A stretch of 64,000 nucleotides of DNA from an uncultured Nitrospiraceae bacterium (GTDB lineage Bacteria > Nitrospirota > Thermodesulfovibrionia > Thermodesulfovibrionales > SM23-35). The DNA lies in assembly GCA_963727775.1 (NCBI GenBank), contig CAVSHB010000004.1, forward strand, positions 128,001 through 192,000. The letters run 5' to 3'. This document shows, one piece after another, positions 8,755 to 19,704 of this stretch. The notes under the pieces are model-generated. The model worked only from the letters and a program-made list of their open reading frames with translations. It was not told the DNA's origin and ran no database searches. Positions within the stretch are counted from its first letter, which is position 1; each line of letters starts with the position of its first letter. A program made the translations under genes and the position numbers.

Positions 8755-11700
8755 ATGAAGGTGACGAATATGAAAAATACTGATGGGTTGCCTCTGCATT
8801 GCCGATCCGCCCGCGTCAGGCTTATATACATGCTGTTGCTCGTTATCTTATTTGGCGTATTTGGTTGGACCGGGCACGCCTATGCTGAGGGCAGTCGATC
8901 TCTTTATCCTTCAAATTATCTGACGTTATATCCGCTGGGTTCCCGAGCGGACCTTGATCTTGAGCCCGGTGCCGTTGGCGCGCTAAATCAGTATGTTGGG
9001 AAGGTGACACGCAGCGGCTTTATATATGTTTATGCACAGCAAGGCGAATATATTGTGCTTGGATCGAGAAACCGCGTTTATCAAAGTGCCACTAACGGCA
9101 ACATTGCTGTTTATAATCCTACACAGAACTTCGGCATTCCCGGAGCTGAAAATTTCAATGCTGCCACTCCTGGCACCCCTGATTTCACCTGTTCGGGAGG
9201 GCTTCATACTGCTCCTCCGGGAGGAACTCCATCCAGCTACTACGACACAGGGGGGACAGTTTACGGACTGATAGCAACTCGTGCCCAGGAGTTAGCCGGA
9301 CCAAATAGCGCTGATAATTCTATACAAGTAACGAACGGATATCGGCCTTGTGCCTATTATGCGCAATCAACCGGTATCTATGGGGTGCTATTTTACCCGT
9401 CTACCAATGGCGCAGCCAATCCCGATGGCAGTATTGCCACTCCCATTGTCGAAAATCTAGGCGTTTCTGCATGGGACGTGACCGTACGCCCCACCAGTAC
9501 CTCTATCACCGATACCAACGGACGAGTCTTTACCTATGCCTTTATCGGTTATACCGGCGGCAACCAACTCCCCGTCTATACCAATCTCTATTACATTACT
9601 CAGGACGGCTATCGTTATTCCCAGTTCCTTAACGGACTGGATGGTAACGGGTATGCGCTATATGCGAATTCTCTCGGATTCATGGACAATGGGCAACCGT
9701 TATATAAAGACCTGCGCGGCAATGAGGCATTGGTGACCACACTGCCTTTGGGTGTTACAACTCAAACGGCTCAATATCCGACTTTTTTCAGCGACGTGAG
9801 CCCGTCAGGCTACAATGCTACCGAGATTAACCGCGTTCTTACAGCACTCAATATCCCGATCGCGCCTACTGCAGCGACAGTCTCCAACGTTCAATTTACC
9901 GGCACTGTATCCGGATCGACCTCGTACTTAGGAACAGGTGGGACGTTTTCATTTGATACGACTAATACCATTACGTACCAGATTGTCGTCAGCCTCGACG
10001 GGATCAATTATGATCCCTCGAATGCGAACAACGCTACGCTGACAGGGCTTGCTCCAAGCGGCAGTAACACCATTATCTGGAACGGCATGAACAATTCCAA
10101 CGTCAACTTCCCGTCAGGGGGACCGTATTACTACCAAGTTTACGGTCGTAACGGGGAAATCCATTTCCCAATTATCGATGCTGAGAATAATTATTACGGC
10201 GGTCCGGAAATTATCCGGCTCAACGGCGTTGGTGCGCCGTCTACTGCGGTCTATTATGACGACAGGGGTTATGTTCTGAGCACCGGCATCACCGTCGGGA
10301 CTCTCAACGGATACCTTTGCCCTACCGCAACCCCGGCGCAGCCTGTACCTGCATACAGTCTTACCGGCATTGATTCGTCGACCGCCTACCGGACCTGGGG
10401 TGTAAACACCGGGACCAGTAACACAAACTTCGATTGTACTTCTACCAATGCATGGGGTGATGCAAAAGCAGTTAATCTCTGGACTTATTATTCTTCTACC
10501 CCTACTCTTCAAACCTTGAATGTCATATCATTGCCTGTGGATGTGGCAACTTCAGTGAATGGGCCGGACACAGCAATTGCAGCCAGTACCGTACAAGGGA
10601 CTTTCACCTTTGCCAACAACGGGACTGCAATCGCCCATGGCGTAACCTATACCATGACACTGTCTGCCGGACTCACTAATGTAACTTTTGGCAATCTGCC
10701 CGTGGGAACGACAGCCACCTATAGCGCTGCTACTGGCATTGTAACCTTTGCGGGCACAGCCTTGCCGACAACGCTTACCGCAGGGCAGGCAGTGCTTGGC
10801 GCTACCACGACTGCGCCAATGACATACAGTTATACGGCTCCAGCGAGCGGCCCGGTAACAGTCAATACTACCATTGCAACTACGGACACGGACGGCTATC
10901 TTACAAATAATAGCGCGTCCATTACCACATACGTCGGTGCAGTCGATGTGCAGACGACTATAAACGTACTGCAAGAAGCTGAGCCATACGGTACAGTTAC
11001 CGGCAATATCCAGTTTACCAATAACGGGACAAGTGCTGCAGCTGGAGTAACCTATACGGCAACCATAGGAAATGGCAGTTATTATCCGACGTTGATTACC
11101 TTTACCAGTATTCCCACAGGGGTGACCCCGATCTATGACAATACAACCGGAGTGATTACATTTACCGGGTTACCTTCTACCCTTGGAAGCTCGGAAACTT
11201 TTAACATCGGTTTCAGTTATACCGCACCGGCGTCAGGTGTTATACCAGCCACTTCTGCCATCACCACCACCTCGACAGATCCCAATTCGGCCAATAATAT
11301 CTCCAGCGATAAGACATATGTAGGGCCGGATCTCACAGTAGCGAAGACCGACAACGGACCCTTTACCCCAGGGGGAACTGGGCAGTATACGATCACGGTC
11401 AGTAATATAGGCAATTTACCATCAACCGGTACGATAACGGTCACCGATACATTGCCGACAGGGTTGACCTATTCGTCGGGCACCACCGGTACGGGATGGA
11501 GTTGTGGTGCCGTAGGACAGGTAGTGACTTGCACATCTATTACAGCGATACCGGCAAACAGCGCAGGCAACACGATAACACTGATCGTTAACGTGTTAGC
11601 AACGGCTACGAGTCCGCTGGTCAATAACGTCAGTGTGAGCGGCGGTGGGGATGTCAACACGACAAATAATACAGCCTCTGATATAACAGTAGTAAATGCG

Positions 11701-14700
11701 TTGCAAGACCTGACGGTAACAAAGACCGACAACGGGCCATGGACTCAAGGTGGCACTGGGGCATATACAATCACGGTCAAAAACGTAGGGACAGCACAAA
11801 CAAACGGGGCAACAATAACAATTACCGATACGTTGCCGACGGGGTTAACCTATGTGTCCGGCACAGGTACAGGTTGGACCTGTAGTGCTGTGGGGCAGTT
11901 GGTAAACTGTACATCAAATGCAACCATACTACCGAACGGAACCAGCACAATAACGCTTAACGTCAACGTGTCGGCAACAGCTACGAGTCCGCTGGTCAAT
12001 ACTGTCACAGTCAGCGGAGGAGGAGAAACAAACACAAGCAACGATACAGCAACAGATTCAACAGTAGTAAACCAGCCTGACCTGACGGTAACGAAGACCG
12101 ACAACGGGCCATGGACTCGCAGTGGTACCGGAACATATACGATTACTGTCAAAAACGTAGGTACAGCAACGACAGCCAATACGATAACAGTAACAGATAC
12201 GTTGCCGACAGGCGTAACCTATGCGTCCCGCACAGGCACTAACTGGACCTGTAATGCTGTCGGTCAGGTAGTGACCTGCACCTCCAATACTGCGATAGGA
12301 GCAGGTGGTACCGCCCAACTGTTATTACTAAACGTCAATCTAACAGCAACAGCCACAGGTCCGCTGGTAAATAATGTCACCGTCAGTGTTGCCGGTGATA
12401 ACAATTCGTCCAATAATACAGGAACAGATTCAACGGCAGTAAACGGGGCTGACCTTACAGTAGCGAAGACCGACAACGGGTCATGGACTCAAGGGCAGAC
12501 CACAGCCCAGTATACAATCACAGTTAACAATATAGGTACGGCAACGACATCCGGGACAATAGCGGTAACCGATACCCTGCCGACAGGTGTAACCTATACA
12601 AGCCGCACTGGAAATCAATGGACCTGCACATACGCTGCGCCGGTGGTAACCTGCACTTACAATCGCGGTGGCACTTACACGATAGCGGCAGGCGGCACCG
12701 CCCAACTCTTATATCTAACTGTCACCGTGTCAGCAACAGCTACGAGTCCATTGGTCAATAATGTCACAGTTAGCGGTGGCAATGAAACGAATACGGCTAA
12801 CGATACAGCAACCGATTCGACAGTAGTAAACCAGCCTGACCTGATGATAACGAAGACTGACAACGGGCCATGGACTCTAGGTGGAACTGGCACATATACA
12901 ATCACTGTCAAAAACGTAGGGACAGCAACAACAGCCAATACGATAACAGTAACAGATACGTTGCCGACAGGCGTAACCTATGCGTCCCGCACAGGCACTA
13001 ACTGGACCTGTAATGCTGTCGGTCAGGTAGTGACCTGCACCTCCAATACTGCGATAGGAGCAGGTGGTACCGCCCAACTCTTATATCTAACTGTCACCGT
13101 GTCAGCAACAGCTACGAGTCCATTGGTCAATAATGTTACAGTTAGCGTTACCGGTGATAACAATGCGTTAAATAATGCGGCAACGGATACGACAATCGTA
13201 ACTCAACCCGACCTTACGGTAACAAAAAGTCATACGGGCAACTTTACTCAGAATGGAACTGGCACGTATACGATCACGGTCCAAAACATAGGCACAGCAA
13301 ATACGACCGCAGTAGCAACTGTGACCGATAACCTACCGACAGGATTAACCTTTGTGTCCGGCACTGGCGCAGGTTGGAACACCTGCACTGCTGCGGGGCA
13401 GGTAGTGACCTGCACACAGGTCACTGGGCAAAGCATAAACGCGGGGGCAGCCAGTAACCCTATTACGCTGACCGTCAACGTATTAGCAACAGCCACATCT
13501 CCGCTGGTTAATAGTGTAACCGTTAGCGGAGGCGGGGAAGTCAACACAAGCAATGATATGGCAACAGACTCGACAGTCATAAACCAGCCTGACCTGACAA
13601 TAACAAAAACTCATAATAATATAATCTTCTATCTGGGGCAGCCCGATGCGTATTATACGATCACGGTCAGTAACGCAGGTACGGCAGCTACAACCGGGAC
13701 AATTACGGTAACCGACACCTTGCCGACAGGTTTGACCTTTGTCTCTGGCATCGGAATGGGTTGGAGTTGCGGTGCTGCCGGGCAAGTAGTGACCTGCACA
13801 TCGAGCACCGCCATTGCAGCAAGCATCGCAGGCAACCCCAGCGCAGGCAACCCTATCACGTTGACGGTCAGTATTTCAATGAGTGCTCCCTATGCCTTGA
13901 CCAACAGCGCAACTGTGAGTCTTACAGGCCAGACCGAATCAAACCCCAATAACAATAACGCGTCAGATTCGACCACGATCATACCGACCCTTATCACTTT
14001 ATCCGACTTTCGCGCACACGAAGACAAAGGCAGCATGGTAATCGAATGGACAACCTCCTCAGAGGCGGGCACGGCAGGGTTTTATCTATTCAGGAAGGAC
14101 GCCTCAACCGGAGGGTACCAGCGCATAAACCGGAGGCTTTTGCCTGCATTGCTTACATCGTTACAGGGAGGCACCTACAGCCTTATCGACAAGGGCGCCT
14201 CACCGGGTCAAAGCTACACCTACTTACTCATGGAAGTAGAAGCCGGCGGCGCAAAGAACATACACGGACCGTTCACTGTTAGCACAACAGGTACCGCAAT
14301 AAACAATTTTGGGCTTTCTAATACGATAACCCCCGAGCTGCTGCTTAATCCTCCGAAGGTATCTACAAACACAGTAGTCAGGTCTTTTGCCTCAGACGGA
14401 AGTTCCAACATAAGCGTCCGTAACGACCCGTACAAAACAACCGTCGATTCAGGTCAGGACCTTTATTCCAACTATGTAAGGAAGGCCAAAGAGAACACAG
14501 TCCCCAAAGCAACCCAGGCAGTGCATATAAGAGCTTTAGCGGCAAGCACCGGAAGCGCTTCGATACAGACCGGGACATCGATAAAGATACCCGTAAGCAC
14601 AAATGGTCTTTATTCTCTGTCGTCCTCGACCATAGCAACACTATTGGGGATATCAGAGCAAAAAATAATACAGCTGATAAAAAACAATGGATTACAGCTA

Positions 14701-16629
14701 ACGAACAAAGACCAGGGAGTGGCCTATATGCCCGACACAGGAAACGCGGGCATACTGTTTTACGGCACAGGCATAAGCAATGATAACTATACAGACGAAA
14801 ACATCTACTGGTTAGCCGTGGGTAACGGAGTTCAGATGGTCAATATAAAAGGCAAAGGACCCCAGCCCGTTGCCGGAAATAACACCTTTACAGAGACTAT
14901 CCATGTGGAGCAGGACAACATCATCGTGCCGGTCATAACCACTGACCCTGAATCAGACTACTGGTTCTGGGACTATATTGTAGCCGGAGACCCTGACGAT
15001 GGCGTCAAGACCTTCACAATCCAGGCAAACGGTGTGGCCAATGCCTCAGGCAGCCTGAGTATAAACCTGCAGGGGTTCACCAATACCAAACACCATGCTT
15101 CATTCAAACTCAACGGCACACAGATAGCCGATACAGCAGATAAAGTATGGTACGGCCCGAACCCCAAAACAATCACCATTAATTACAGTCCCGGCCAGCT
15201 TTATGAAGGCAGCAATACAGTTGAAATCACAGGCTTGCTGGATAATCCGGACACGGATTACAGCATCTTCTATTTAAACTCATTCGACCTGACATACCAG
15301 AGGCTTTACCATGCCACAAACAACAGTCTGGTCTGCCACGACAATACAAACCCGGTGGTGACCATTACCGGGTTCACAGGACCTGACTTATCGCTTTTCG
15401 ATATCACAGACCCTCTGAACCCCAGGAACGTAACAGCCGCGAAGATAACCTCTACAGGCGGCGGTTATGCCCTAAGCTTCAATCCCGCATCGTCTGGTGC
15501 CGTTTATCTGGCCTTAAAGCAGGACGCTGTTATTCCTATTCCGACGGCAAATGTCAGGGCTGGCACAGTTCCCTGGCTCAAAGACAATAAAAACAAGGCA
15601 GACTATATCATCATTACCACGGCCGAGCTCAGTGACGCGGCAAATACACTGGCCGCCTACCGGAGCAACCAGGGGCTTACCGTTCAAACCGTATTGCTTG
15701 AAGAGATCCTCAATGAATTCAATTACGGCATATACAGTCCGGAGGCGATCAGAGACTTTCTCAGCTACGCCTATCATAGCTGGAAAAAAGCGCCCGGTTA
15801 CGTAGTTCTCGCAGGCAACGGCACATTTGACTACAAAAACAACCTTGGCAAGAATGATAACCTGATCCCGACGCTTATGACCTCCACACCATCTGGAGTT
15901 TATCCTTCGGACAACCTCTTTGCAGAGGTGGAAAACGATCATGTCCCGAGGATCGCCATAGGCAGGCTGCCTGTGCTGACAGCCTCGGACCTGACAAATG
16001 TAATCAACAAGATCGCCGTATACGAGGGCGCTACCGGCAATAAGGTCATCATGCTGGCCGATGTGCCCGATGACGCGGGGGCTTTCACGAAGGACAGCAA
16101 TGCTGTGTTAGCTCTATTACCTAAAAGCTACAGCGCAGAGACAATCTACCTGGCCGAACAGCCTGTCGGTACAGCTCACGACACGCTCATGGACTGGATA
16201 AATAATAAGGGGATCGTGTTCTTAAACTACATAGGGCACGGAGGGGTGGACCACCTTGCCATGCAACCCGTTCTCACAGAAGACGATGTTGTTTTCCACA
16301 TGACCAACAGCACGAAACTGCCTGTAATGGCGGCCATGACGTGTGTTGTGGGAGAGTATGGCATACCGGGTTATAACTCACTGAGCGAAGTGCTGGTGCT
16401 GCAAAACGGCGGCGGGGCGGCGGCTGTCTGGTCTCCCACGGGGATGTCATTCGACTCAGAGGCCCTGATACTCGATGAAGAGTTCTTCAAGGCGGGGTTC
16501 AAAGCCAAAAAAGCGGTGCTCGGCGACGTTATCCTTAAGGCGCTTAACGGCTTTAACAAAGCAGGCGGCCAGGACTTCATGATGGATATCTATAACCTCC
16601 TCGGCGACCCTGCTTTGAAACTCAGGTAA
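8755..16629 (+). CDS. Giant secreted surface protein: DUF11/conserved-repeat Ig-like domains plus C-terminal peptidase C25 (gingipain/PorU-like)
   Basis: Signal peptide (AYA|EG); about 7 repeats of DLTVTKT...YTITVxNxG...TVTDTLPTGLT plus 2 divergent ones; C25 motifs GNGTFDYK, SDNLF, IGRLPV, YIGHGG, MTC, LLGDPAL. Confidence 0.88.
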   Translation: MKVTNMKNTDGLPLHCRSARVRLIYMLLLVILFGVFGWTGHAYAEGSRSLYPSNYLTLYPLGSRADLDLEPGAVGALNQYVGKVTRSGFIYVYAQQGEYIVLGSRNRVYQSATNGNIAVYNPTQNFGIPGAENFNAATPGTPDFTCSGGLHTAPPGGTPSSYYDTGGTVYGLIATRAQELAGPNSADNSIQVTNGYRPCAYYAQSTGIYGVLFYPSTNGAANPDGSIATPIVENLGVSAWDVTVRPTSTSITDTNGRVFTYAFIGYTGGNQLPVYTNLYYITQDGYRYSQFLNGLDGNGYALYANSLGFMDNGQPLYKDLRGNEALVTTLPLGVTTQTAQYPTFFSDVSPSGYNATEINRVLTALNIPIAPTAATVSNVQFTGTVSGSTSYLGTGGTFSFDTTNTITYQIVVSLDGINYDPSNANNATLTGLAPSGSNTIIWNGMNNSNVNFPSGGPYYYQVYGRNGEIHFPIIDAENNYYGGPEIIRLNGVGAPSTAVYYDDRGYVLSTGITVGTLNGYLCPTATPAQPVPAYSLTGIDSSTAYRTWGVNTGTSNTNFDCTSTNAWGDAKAVNLWTYYSSTPTLQTLNVISLPVDVATSVNGPDTAIAASTVQGTFTFANNGTAIAHGVTYTMTLSAGLTNVTFGNLPVGTTATYSAATGIVTFAGTALPTTLTAGQAVLGATTTAPMTYSYTAPASGPVTVNTTIATTDTDGYLTNNSASITTYVGAVDVQTTINVLQEAEPYGTVTGNIQFTNNGTSAAAGVTYTATIGNGSYYPTLITFTSIPTGVTPIYDNTTGVITFTGLPSTLGSSETFNIGFSYTAPASGVIPATSAITTTSTDPNSANNISSDKTYVGPDLTVAKTDNGPFTPGGTGQYTITVSNIGNLPSTGTITVTDTLPTGLTYSSGTTGTGWSCGAVGQVVTCTSITAIPANSAGNTITLIVNVLATATSPLVNNVSVSGGGDVNTTNNTASDITVVNALQDLTVTKTDNGPWTQGGTGAYTITVKNVGTAQTNGATITITDTLPTGLTYVSGTGTGWTCSAVGQLVNCTSNATILPNGTSTITLNVNVSATATSPLVNTVTVSGGGETNTSNDTATDSTVVNQPDLTVTKTDNGPWTRSGTGTYTITVKNVGTATTANTITVTDTLPTGVTYASRTGTNWTCNAVGQVVTCTSNTAIGAGGTAQLLLLNVNLTATATGPLVNNVTVSVAGDNNSSNNTGTDSTAVNGADLTVAKTDNGSWTQGQTTAQYTITVNNIGTATTSGTIAVTDTLPTGVTYTSRTGNQWTCTYAAPVVTCTYNRGGTYTIAAGGTAQLLYLTVTVSATATSPLVNNVTVSGGNETNTANDTATDSTVVNQPDLMITKTDNGPWTLGGTGTYTITVKNVGTATTANTITVTDTLPTGVTYASRTGTNWTCNAVGQVVTCTSNTAIGAGGTAQLLYLTVTVSATATSPLVNNVTVSVTGDNNALNNAATDTTIVTQPDLTVTKSHTGNFTQNGTGTYTITVQNIGTANTTAVATVTDNLPTGLTFVSGTGAGWNTCTAAGQVVTCTQVTGQSINAGAASNPITLTVNVLATATSPLVNSVTVSGGGEVNTSNDMATDSTVINQPDLTITKTHNNIIFYLGQPDAYYTITVSNAGTAATTGTITVTDTLPTGLTFVSGIGMGWSCGAAGQVVTCTSSTAIAASIAGNPSAGNPITLTVSISMSAPYALTNSATVSLTGQTESNPNNNNASDSTTIIPTLITLSDFRAHEDKGSMVIEWTTSSEAGTAGFYLFRKDASTGGYQRINRRLLPALLTSLQGGTYSLIDKGASPGQSYTYLLMEVEAGGAKNIHGPFTVSTTGTAINNFGLSNTITPELLLNPPKVSTNTVVRSFASDGSSNISVRNDPYKTTVDSGQDLYSNYVRKAKENTVPKATQAVHIRALAASTGSASIQTGTSIKIPVSTNGLYSLSSSTIATLLGISEQKIIQLIKNNGLQLTNKDQGVAYMPDTGNAGILFYGTGISNDNYTDENIYWLAVGNGVQMVNIKGKGPQPVAGNNTFTETIHVEQDNIIVPVITTDPESDYWFWDYIVAGDPDDGVKTFTIQANGVANASGSLSINLQGFTNTKHHASFKLNGTQIADTADKVWYGPNPKTITINYSPGQLYEGSNTVEITGLLDNPDTDYSIFYLNSFDLTYQRLYHATNNSLVCHDNTNPVVTITGFTGPDLSLFDITDPLNPRNVTAAKITSTGGGYALSFNPASSGAVYLALKQDAVIPIPTANVRAGTVPWLKDNKNKADYIIITTAELSDAANTLAAYRSNQGLTVQTVLLEEILNEFNYGIYSPEAIRDFLSYAYHSWKKAPGYVVLAGNGTFDYKNNLGKNDNLIPTLMTSTPSGVYPSDNLFAEVENDHVPRIAIGRLPVLTASDLTNVINKIAVYEGATGNKVIMLADVPDDAGAFTKDSNAVLALLPKSYSAETIYLAEQPVGTAHDTLMDWINNKGIVFLNYIGHGGVDHLAMQPVLTEDDVVFHMTNSTKLPVMAAMTCVVGEYGIPGYNSLSEVLVLQNGGGAAAVWSPTGMSFDSEALILDEEFFKAGFKAKKAVLGDVILKALNGFNKAGGQDFMMDIYNLLGDPALKLR
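12172..13136 (+). repeat. Identical intragenic DNA blocks between DUF11 repeats
   Basis: 12172-12320 = 12931-13079 (149 bp); 12697-12764 = 13069-13136 (68 bp). Confidence 0.85.
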
Positions 16630-16666
16630 AGATACACGATAGAAAAGAATGTTCTGTCGTCAGGCT

Positions 16667-17773
16667 CTACTGACGTGCTTTGCTCCGTTTCTTGGCCATG
16701 GTTACGCAGTAGACGCCCTTGCCATCGGACGCGGGTGCAAAACATGCGTTGTCTGAGACACATTCAGCTGCGCGGCGGTCGCCCTTCCGCCAGCGCTTGA
16801 TTAGCGATGGTTCACAAATCAGCGGCCGACTCATTGAAATATAGTCGGCTATTCCATTTCGGACCAGTGCCTCTGCAACGCCATAAGAGCGAATGCCACC
16901 CACCAGCATCAACGGGATCGTGACCTTCTGTTTGTAGAGCATCGCAGCTTCCCGGTAATAAACCTCTTGTTCCGGAGTCTTCAGCTTGCCCGGGCGTACA
17001 GGCGTGAACTTTTCAGGTGAGGTAACCGTTCCGCCTGACAACTCAATAGCATTGACGGAAGCATTCCCAAGCATACCGGCAACCCGAACAGCCTCCTCGC
17101 GCGTCATGCCGCCCTCCAGAAAATCCTCGGAGTTTAGCTTGATGAGAACCGGATACTCCGGACCGACTGTCTCCCGGACGCTCCTTACCACCTCAAGTAC
17201 GAGCCGCGCACGGTTCTCGAGTTCGCCGCCATATTCATCCTTCCTCTTGTTAAATGCGGGCGACAGGAACTGACTGAGTAGAAAGCCATGGGCAGCGTGG
17301 ATCTGCACGGCGTCAAAGTCGGCTTGCTTCGCTCTACCGGCGGCGCGGGCGAAGGCGGATATTATGGCCGAGATATCCTCCCTGCCGGCCTGACGGCACT
17401 TTAACAGGACGGAAGGCCCGACAGACTCCAGGCTGCTCAGCTCGGGATTCGAGCTGCATCCACCGTGGACCAATTGCAAAGCCATCTTCCCCCCAGCCGA
17501 ATGTACCGCATGTGTCATGTCCCGAAGCCCCGGCAGCAAGCGGTCGTCGTAGACAGCCAGCTGGCTCGGACTGGACTGTCCCTCGGGGCTGACGAAAGCA
17601 TAACTGCTGATGATCAACCCCACCTCTCCCTTAGCCAACTCGATCATCATCTCTATAAGCCTGCTGGTGACTGAGCCATCCTTTCCAGCCAATCCCTCCC
17701 ACGTCGCAGAACGCACGAAGCGGTTCGGCAGACTCATGCTGCCTAAGGACGTATGTTCAAATAATTCAGCCAT
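16667..17773 (-). CDS. NADH:flavin oxidoreductase (Old Yellow Enzyme family)
   Basis: NRFVRSATWE, QIHAAHGFLLSQFLSP, NKRKDEYGG, VGGIRS. Confidence 0.92.
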   Translation of the reverse strand: MAELFEHTSLGSMSLPNRFVRSATWEGLAGKDGSVTSRLIEMMIELAKGEVGLIISSYAFVSPEGQSSPSQLAVYDDRLLPGLRDMTHAVHSAGGKMALQLVHGGCSSNPELSSLESVGPSVLLKCRQAGREDISAIISAFARAAGRAKQADFDAVQIHAAHGFLLSQFLSPAFNKRKDEYGGELENRARLVLEVVRSVRETVGPEYPVLIKLNSEDFLEGGMTREEAVRVAGMLGNASVNAIELSGGTVTSPEKFTPVRPGKLKTPEQEVYYREAAMLYKQKVTIPLMLVGGIRSYGVAEALVRNGIADYISMSRPLICEPSLIKRWRKGDRRAAECVSDNACFAPASDGKGVYCVTMAKKRSKARQ

Positions 17774-17883
17774 TGTGAATCTCCTTTTTTATCCTTCCGG
17801 ATTATTACACCAATAGATTAGAATCGACCTTTTCTCCGGTTTTCATCATATCAGACTTGCATCAAATATTATTAGATGCAATT

Positions 17884-18316
17884 TTAAAATACTACCTGAC
17901 AGGAAATCCCTTCCCTTTCAAATGCCCTCTTTAACTCCTCTCCTTTTTGCGAGAAGAAGCTGTCTTCCATGGCCCACTGCATCCCGTATCTTTCGTATGC
18001 CCAGTCCGCATAATGATAGTTCAGCCTGTCAAGGATCACGTACTCCACTTTACCCGTAAGCGCACTAACCAGCCCCTCGGCCCCCGGAAGAATCGGCGCT
18101 ATCATGGCAAAGGTTTTAATCCCTTCCGAGTGAAGCTTCGCCAAGGCCTCAATCCTTTTCTTTATTGGCGTCGCTTTTGGTTCAAATATCCTCCTTATCT
18201 TCTCATCCGCCGTGGTTATGGTGAATCCGACCTCGGCATCCTTTGATCTCTTAAGAGTCTCCATGTCCCTCAGGACAAGAGAGGATACTTTTTGCCTTTA
18301 TCTCCCTGATCTTCAT
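17884..18316 (-). pseudogene. SplB-like radical SAM gene with internal deletion
   Basis: ATG at 18316 gives the typical N-terminus MKIREIKAKSILS, joined out of frame to SSLVLRDMETL...VGFTITTAD...IFEP...APILPG; the CxxxCxxC region is missing. Confidence 0.7.
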
Positions 18317-18653
18317 GTCTTCAACTTTATCACGGTTCGATTAATTCTAAAAGCTGCCTTTGATATCATGCGCGCATAAGTTATAAGTGGAAGCCCATGA
18401 GGGGTTTAACGGACTTCATTCAACAGCTTCTTGCCTTCTTCCTCAAACATTTATCTGCCTTCTCTGCTAAAATAGTGAAGAGTACAAACAATAATTGAGC
18501 AGAGAGAGGCGGGGATTGTCCTTCTGTTTTTACAGGAATAATACGCATAATTTTTAAATGATTGTCTTCATATCCTTTTCATCGTTTCTTCGCAGGCAAG
18601 TTTCATATATAATATATGTATAGAAAATATCTATCTTAGAGGAGAATTTTATA

Positions 18654-19457
18654 ATGTCCATTATTACAATTTCGCGAGGTTCTTACAGCAAAGGAAAAGA
18701 GGTAGCAGAGAAGGTAGCACGAAAATTAGGCTATGAGTGTATTGCAAGAGATGCCATTCTTAACGCATCAAAAGAATTTAATATTCCTGAAATCAAACTA
18801 ATTCGTGCCATTCATGACGCCCCTTCTATTCTGGAAAGGTTCAACTATACAAAGGAAAAATATCTGGCCTATTTGCATGTTTCCATGTTGGAGCATTTTC
18901 AAAAGGATAATCAAGTCTACCATGGTCTCGCAGGCCATTTCTTCGTAAAGAATATCTCTCATGTACTTAAGATAAGAATCATCGCTGATATGGAGGACCG
19001 TGTGAAACTCGAGATGGAACGTGAGGGAATTTCAAAAAGAGAAGCTTTGCGTATTCTTACAAATGATGACAAAGAAAGACGCAAATGGTGCAAATATATT
19101 TATGGAATTGATAAATGGGATCCCAGTCTTTATGATTTAGTTATCCATATTAAGAAAATTACGGTAGATGATGCGGCAGATATTATTTGTCATGCTGTTG
19201 GGGTGAATCAATTCAAAGCAACTCCGGAATCACAAAAAGCCCTGGAGAGCCTGTTGCTTTGCGCAAGAGTTAAGCTTGCATTAATGGATGTGAAACCCGA
19301 TGCTGAAGTGTTTATTTCAAATGGGACTATTGTAATAAAAGCTACAACCTCGCAGTTTGAGGATGAACAATTGATTCATAAAATAGAGGAAATCGTAAAG
19401 AGCTTTCCAGGGGTAACAAATGTTAGAGTTGATTTAGTTTCATACACACATGGATGA
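18654..19457 (+). CDS. Cytidylate-kinase-like family protein with C-terminal BON-like domain
   Basis: IITISRGSYSKGKEVA, GLAGHF, DKERRKW, YDLVI; C-terminal PGVTNVRVDL. Confidence 0.85.
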   Translation: MSIITISRGSYSKGKEVAEKVARKLGYECIARDAILNASKEFNIPEIKLIRAIHDAPSILERFNYTKEKYLAYLHVSMLEHFQKDNQVYHGLAGHFFVKNISHVLKIRIIADMEDRVKLEMEREGISKREALRILTNDDKERRKWCKYIYGIDKWDPSLYDLVIHIKKITVDDAADIICHAVGVNQFKATPESQKALESLLLCARVKLALMDVKPDAEVFISNGTIVIKATTSQFEDEQLIHKIEEIVKSFPGVTNVRVDLVSYTHG

Positions 19458-19483
19458 AGGTTGAGTAATTTTAATACAGCAGA

Positions 19484-19509
19484 GGGCGAGTTAATACCTC
19501 GCCTTTTTT
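19484..19509 (+). terminator. Rho-independent terminator
   Basis: GGCGAG-TTAATAC-CTCGCC followed by a T run. Confidence 0.65.
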
Positions 19510-19703
19510 ATTATCAAGGCATCCTTCTTGTCTTTTTTTGTCTTGCGCAGAGACAGTCGCGCAAAATTAGTAATCAATAGAGGGTTAACTACCACACAGG
19601 CAACTCCCTCTGAAGAGACAAATGAAAAGAGATTTATGTGATAGCACCCTGTGGACTCCATGGCCAACCTTATCTCTGTTATGCCCTGAGCGTATTTCAT
19701 CAC
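19510..19703 (-). pseudogene. IS110-family transposase internal fragment
   Basis: LAMESTGCYH...VVNPLLITNFARLSLRKTKKDKKDALII matches the DEDD-domain ExTG and KTDxxDA motifs; both ends missing. Confidence 0.8.
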
Positions 19704-19704
19704 C

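Noticed and set aside
11330..13980. DUF11 repeats as a DGR template/variable pair
   Set aside because: Differences are not adenine-specific, both copies are coding, and the window has no reverse transcriptase
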